64,000 nt of DNA from Actinomycetota bacterium. GTDB taxonomy: Bacteria > Actinomycetota > Actinomycetes > S36-B12 > UBA5976. Position numbers and translations under genes: made by a program. The notes beneath the pieces are model-generated. The model had not been told where the DNA came from and searched no databases. It worked only from the letters and a program-made list of their open reading frames with translations. The stretch covers positions 16,869-80,868 of the forward strand of contig JAPLBY010000022.1 in the NCBI GenBank assembly GCA_026392515.1, given 5' to 3'. Below are positions 60,092 to 64,000 of this stretch, in pieces. Each line of letters opens with the position of its first letter. Positions within the stretch are counted from its first letter, which is position 1.

Positions 60092-60547
60092 ATGGTCAAC
60101 GGCGTTCGCTTAGCTCTTGATGTTGGTTCAGTGCGAATCGGTGTAGCTAAGTGTGATGCAGAAGGCTTGCTGGCCACACCGTTAGTAACGATTACATCAG
60201 GCCCAGATGCAGTTAACGAAATCTATGAACTGGTGCACGAGTTCGAAGCTAAGTGCGTATACGTCGGCAAACCGATTTCATTAGCTGGCAAAGATACTGC
60301 GAGCACCATGGCTGCTCTAGATTTTGCAAGCCTCTTGGCAAAGCAGCTTGAAAATGATTCCGTGACCGTCCGATTAATTGATGAACGATTGAGCACTGTC
60401 AGTGCACAACGTGGCATGCATGAGGCGGGTCGAACGGTTAAGCAAAGCCGTGATGCAATAGATCAGGCAGCTGCCGTGGTTATCTTGGAACACGCACTGG
60501 CTACCGAACGAAATGTTGGGAACTTTGTCGGAGAGGAAGTGAGTTGA
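60092..60547 (+). CDS. ruvX: Holliday junction resolvase-like protein RuvX/YqgF
   Basis: Contains LALDVGSVRIGVA and DERLST. Confidence 0.9.
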   Translation: MVNGVRLALDVGSVRIGVAKCDAEGLLATPLVTITSGPDAVNEIYELVHEFEAKCVYVGKPISLAGKDTASTMAALDFASLLAKQLENDSVTVRLIDERLSTVSAQRGMHEAGRTVKQSRDAIDQAAAVVILEHALATERNVGNFVGEEVS

Positions 60548-60549
60548 GT

Positions 60550-61662
60550 ATGAGCAACATAGACCTGTTCAGCAATTCTTCGACTCCGAATCCTAAAGAG
60601 CCGGGACATAGATCTAAAAAGAAGTCATTGGCCAAAAACTTTGCCATCATTCTGGCTGTGATCGCAGTTATTGGTTTAGTGACTCCGCAGATTATTTCCC
60701 GGTTATCTGGCGCGCCAGATTTCCCAGGTCCAGGTTCAGGTTCAGTTCAGGTTCAAATTGAGCCAGGGGAGACCTTGGCTCAGATCGGTAATAACTTAAA
60801 GGCCTTAGGTGTGGTTGCCTCGGTTGATGGCTTTATTGCAGCAGCGAATGACAATCCCGACAGTGGCTCTATCGCTCCTGGAGCTTACAACTTGTTACTC
60901 GAGATGAAGAGCTCGGATGCGATTTTGGCGTTACTCGATCCAGCAAACCGAGTTGTCACCAAGGTTGTGATTCCAGAAGGTAAGCGCGCCACTTGGACGA
61001 TCAATACGCTTGCAACTGAAACTGGTCTACCGTTGGCAGATTTCGAATCCGCAATTGCTAACGCAAGCAATTTAGGTTTGCCTGATTACGCAGATGGCAA
61101 TGTTGAAGGTTTCCTATTTCCGGCCACTTATGAATTCGGGCCGGGCACAACTGCCGAACAAATGATTAGCGAAATGATCGCTAGGTTCAACGCTGAAGCC
61201 AAGAGCATCGATCTGGAAGCGCGAGCCGCACAAATGGGTAGAAGTGCCTACGAGATTGTGATCGTCGCTTCGCTTTTGGAAGTAGAAGGTCACCCAAGAG
61301 ACTTCACGAAAGTTGCCCGCGTGGTTTACAACCGATTAGCCGAACCGATGCCGTTGCAGTTTGATTCAAGCGTTAATTATGGACTTGGTAAGACAGACGT
61401 GATTCTTACAACGGAACTTCTTAATGAAGACACTCCTTACAACGTGTACTTACGTCCTGGTCTGCCGCCGACTCCAATTGATAGTCCAGGAGCGCAGGCG
61501 CTAGAAGCAGCGCTAAATCCAGCAGCGGGAGATTGGCTCTACTTCATCACTATTGACTTGAACACTCAGGAAACTAAGTTCACTCGTTCGTACGAAGAGT
61601 TCTTAGTTTATAAAGATGAGTTCTTAGCTTTCTGTGATGCAAATCCAGGAGTGTGTTACTGA
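60550..61662 (+). CDS. mltG: Endolytic murein transglycosylase MltG (YceG-like)
   Basis: N-terminal TM anchor. Contains IPEG, EGFLFPATY, ASLLEVE and LPPTPI. First ATG at 60550 (ORF-track TTG 60544). Confidence 0.9.
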   Translation: MSNIDLFSNSSTPNPKEPGHRSKKKSLAKNFAIILAVIAVIGLVTPQIISRLSGAPDFPGPGSGSVQVQIEPGETLAQIGNNLKALGVVASVDGFIAAANDNPDSGSIAPGAYNLLLEMKSSDAILALLDPANRVVTKVVIPEGKRATWTINTLATETGLPLADFESAIANASNLGLPDYADGNVEGFLFPATYEFGPGTTAEQMISEMIARFNAEAKSIDLEARAAQMGRSAYEIVIVASLLEVEGHPRDFTKVARVVYNRLAEPMPLQFDSSVNYGLGKTDVILTTELLNEDTPYNVYLRPGLPPTPIDSPGAQALEAALNPAAGDWLYFITIDLNTQETKFTRSYEEFLVYKDEFLAFCDANPGVCY

Positions 61663-62477
61663 TGCAAGCAGCCGTACTAGGAAGCCCAGTTTCTCATTCA
61701 CTTTCGCCAGTGCTTCACAATGCTGCCTATCGAGCACTAGGTCTAGATCACACCTATTCAGCAATCGAAACTGCTGAATCGGAACTTGGCAGTTTCCTTG
61801 GATCTGTGGACTCAAATTGGCTGGGTGTTTCGTTAACTATGCCGCTTAAGGAAGTTGCATCTGATTACGCAGATACTTGTGACGAACTTTCCACACTGAC
61901 TGGTGCGATTAACACATTAGTTTTTGGTACTGAAGTTAGTGCATTCAACACCGATGTGCTGGGTCTAGTCGATGCGCTGGCTGAAGCGGGATCGCAACAG
62001 ATCTCGAGCGGGGTAATTTTCGGCTCTGGAGCTACTGCCAGATCAACTCTTGTCGCCTTACAAAGACTTGGCGCAACTGAAGTTAACTGCGTTGCCCGTA
62101 ATGTCTCTGATGTTGAACGGATGGCGAAAGTTGCACAAGAAATCGGTGTGAACTTTAGTCACACTTCAGTTAGTGACTCCGCCTGGTTGACTGCCGATGT
62201 TGTAGTGAACACCACGCCAATGGGGGCACTAGATGAGTTGGCGCGTGAGGTTTACTCACCAGCCGGACTTCTTTTGGATGTGGTTTATAACCCGTGGCCA
62301 ACACAACTAGCAGCATCTTGGGCAGTCACTGGAGGCACAATCGTTTCTGGCTTAACCATGTTGCTACATCAAGCTGGACATCAAGTGACTTTGATGACTG
62401 GAAAGCCTGCACCGGTTGTGCAGATGTGCGAGGCGCTAAATGCCGAACTATTAGCCAGGGGATTAAGTACTATCTAG
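61662..62477 (+). CDS. aroE: Shikimate dehydrogenase
   Basis: Contains LGSPVSHSLSPVLHNAAY, SLTMPLK, NT and NTDVLG. ATG 61662 overlaps the mltG stop; GTG 61653 is possible. Confidence 0.85.
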   Translation: MQAAVLGSPVSHSLSPVLHNAAYRALGLDHTYSAIETAESELGSFLGSVDSNWLGVSLTMPLKEVASDYADTCDELSTLTGAINTLVFGTEVSAFNTDVLGLVDALAEAGSQQISSGVIFGSGATARSTLVALQRLGATEVNCVARNVSDVERMAKVAQEIGVNFSHTSVSDSAWLTADVVVNTTPMGALDELAREVYSPAGLLLDVVYNPWPTQLAASWAVTGGTIVSGLTMLLHQAGHQVTLMTGKPAPVVQMCEALNAELLARGLSTI

Positions 62478-62522
62478 GCCTTCAATTCGGTGTTATTGCC
62501 CAAAAGGTGAAAGACTAGAGGC

Positions 62523-63698
62523 ATGTTGCGTTGGTTAACCGCTGGAGAATCTCACGGGCCTGCGCTTTCCGCGATTATTGAGGGCTTGCCGGCTGGAATT
62601 GAAGTGCAAACCTCAGACATTGATGCCGCACTAGCCAGGCGTCGACTTGGCTTTGGCCGCGGCGCCCGAATGAAATTTGAGCAAGACGCAGTCACCATTA
62701 CCGGCGGTATCCGTCACGGTTTAACCCAAGGTGGCCCAGTTGCAATAACCATTGCAAACTCCGAGTGGCCAAAATGGCAAGACGTTATGTCTGCTGATCC
62801 AGTTTCCGCCCAGGATCTAGAAAGTATTGCGCGCAATGCACCGTTAACTCGACCCCGCCCAGGCCACGCAGATCTTGCAGGTATGCAGAAGTACTCACAC
62901 ACTGATGCTCGGCCAATCTTGGAGCGAGCAAGTGCTCGTGAGACTGCAGCTCGAGTGGCCCTTGGCGAAGTTGCTAAGAGATTTTTACTTCAAGCTGCTG
63001 GCATCACCGTCATGAGTCACGTAGTAAGCATTGGAACAGTTGCTACTGATTCAGATGAGATTCCAAACTTTTCAGACTTGGCAAAGATCGATCAAGATCC
63101 AGTTAGGTGCTTCTCGCCAACAGCAAGTGAAGCAATGCAAGCAGAAGTTACTGCAGCGCAATCAGATGGTGACACTCTTGGCGGAGTAGTAGAAGTTGTT
63201 GCACATGGCGTGCCAGTTGGTTTGGGTTCACACGTTCACTGGGATCGCAGACTAGATAGCAAACTTGCAGCCGCCTTGATGGGCATCCAGGCAATTAAAG
63301 GTGTCGAGGTTGGCGATGGCTTTGAAACCTCTCGCCGCCGTGGCTCAATGGCCCATGATGAGATTTACCGAGAAGACGGCGAGATTCATCGCGAAACAGC
63401 GCGCAGTGGTGGCACCGAAGGCGGCATGAGTACCGGAGATGCTATCCGCGTTCGGGCTGCCATGAAACCAATTTCAACTGTGCCGCGCGCGCTTTCAACT
63501 ATTGACGTGAACACAGGGGAGCCTGCTACCGCGATTTCCCAACGTAGCGATGCTTGCGCAGTACCAGCAGCTGGCGTCGTAGCAGAAGCTATGGTCGCTT
63601 TAGTTTTAGCCGAAGCTTTACTAGAAAAGTTTGGCGGCGATCATGTTTCTGAGACTGCCCGAAACATCGAAGCGTTTAAATCGAATCTAAGGATTTGA
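62523..63698 (+). CDS. aroC: Chorismate synthase
   Basis: Contains [34 protein letters not shown] and [10 protein letters not shown]. Confidence 0.97.
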   Translation: MLRWLTAGESHGPALSAIIEGLPAGIEVQTSDIDAALARRRLGFGRGARMKFEQDAVTITGGIRHGLTQGGPVAITIANSEWPKWQDVMSADPVSAQDLESIARNAPLTRPRPGHADLAGMQKYSHTDARPILERASARETAARVALGEVAKRFLLQAAGITVMSHVVSIGTVATDSDEIPNFSDLAKIDQDPVRCFSPTASEAMQAEVTAAQSDGDTLGGVVEVVAHGVPVGLGSHVHWDRRLDSKLAAALMGIQAIKGVEVGDGFETSRRRGSMAHDEIYREDGEIHRETARSGGTEGGMSTGDAIRVRAAMKPISTVPRALSTIDVNTGEPATAISQRSDACAVPAAGVVAEAMVALVLAEALLEKFGGDHVSETARNIEAFKSNLRI

Positions 63699-63700
63699 TT

Positions 63701-64000
63701 ATGTCGACCATAGTTTTAGTTGGCGTTCCTGGCGCCGGAAAAACTACTGTTGGAAAACTTCTGGCCAAGAATCTTGGCATCGACTTTTTCGATAGTGATC
63801 AAGTTATTGAATCTCGCGCAGGTAAAAGCGTTTCCGACATCTTCACGCAAGACGGAGAACCGGCATTTAGAAAGCTGGAACACGACGTAATTTTTGAGCT
63901 ACTTGATTCAAACAACGTTGTGCTGGCTCTTGGTGGTGGTTCGCTAGGTAATGATGAGACCAGAGCCAAAGTTAAGGACGCTACGACAGTTTGGCTTGTC
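63701..64000 (+). CDS. aroK: Shikimate kinase, N-terminal part (runs off the right edge)
   Basis: My translation from ATG 63701 is MSTIVLVGVPGAGKTTVGKLLAKNLGIDFFDSDQVIESRAGKSVSDIFTQDGEPAFRKLE... It has the Walker A motif and the DSD shikimate-binding motif, and is open to the window end. Confidence 0.9.
   Translation, partial: MSTIVLVGVPGAGKTTVGKLLAKNLGIDFFDSDQVIESRAGKSVSDIFTQDGEPAFRKLEHDVIFELLDSNNVVLALGGGSLGNDETRAKVKDATTVWLV

Noticed and set aside
1-64000. Search by eye for CRISPR repeats, IS/transposase or integrase genes, prophage genes, toxin-antitoxin pairs, and tRNA-adjacent islands
   Set aside because: None was found. Every ORF of 100 aa or more not overlapping a stronger gene is accounted for by housekeeping or conserved actinobacterial families. 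The tRNA cluster is flanked by conserved metabolic genes, not by an integrase.

Overview
The window is a densely packed, almost entirely housekeeping stretch of an actinobacterial chromosome. Actinomycetota markers include an HrdB/SigA-type primary sigma factor, SepH, the PgsA1-acyltransferase-PimA phosphatidylinositol-mannoside genes, DUF3710/DUF3159/DUF4193/DUF3093 around dut, and a tRNA Gly-Cys-Val cluster. By eye the DNA is much less GC-rich than classical actinobacteria, which suggests a streamlined lineage; I did not compute GC. Gene order, as far as I recall it, parallels the Mycobacterium tuberculosis Rv2614c-Rv2592c and Rv2703-Rv2680 neighbourhoods. I call about 67 protein genes: sigA, parE/parC, acn, dxs, rnd, thrS, pdxST, yebC-ruvCAB, secDF, apt, relA, hisS, aspS, rarA, alaS, ruvX, mltG, aroE/C/K and others. 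I also call three tRNAs, one clear intrinsic terminator, a LexA/SOS box in front of ruvC and a few sigma70-like promoters. I found no CRISPR array, transposase, integrase, phage gene, toxin-antitoxin pair or recognisable defence island, and no convincing novel multi-gene system. The most unusual items are listed here. (1) A 344-aa EF-G-derived protein has lost all GTP-binding motifs and domains III-V, and is encoded in the opposite orientation between the thrS-HIT pair and the PIM-biosynthesis genes. (2) An 18-bp perfect palindrome overlaps the aconitase core promoter, and an unknown small ORF is translationally coupled to acn. (3) sepH, parC and a secreted GH25 muramidase form a tight co-directional string. 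(4) Two hairpins lie in the divergent region at 1.76-1.87 kb. All family calls come from motif recognition by eye; no database search was run.
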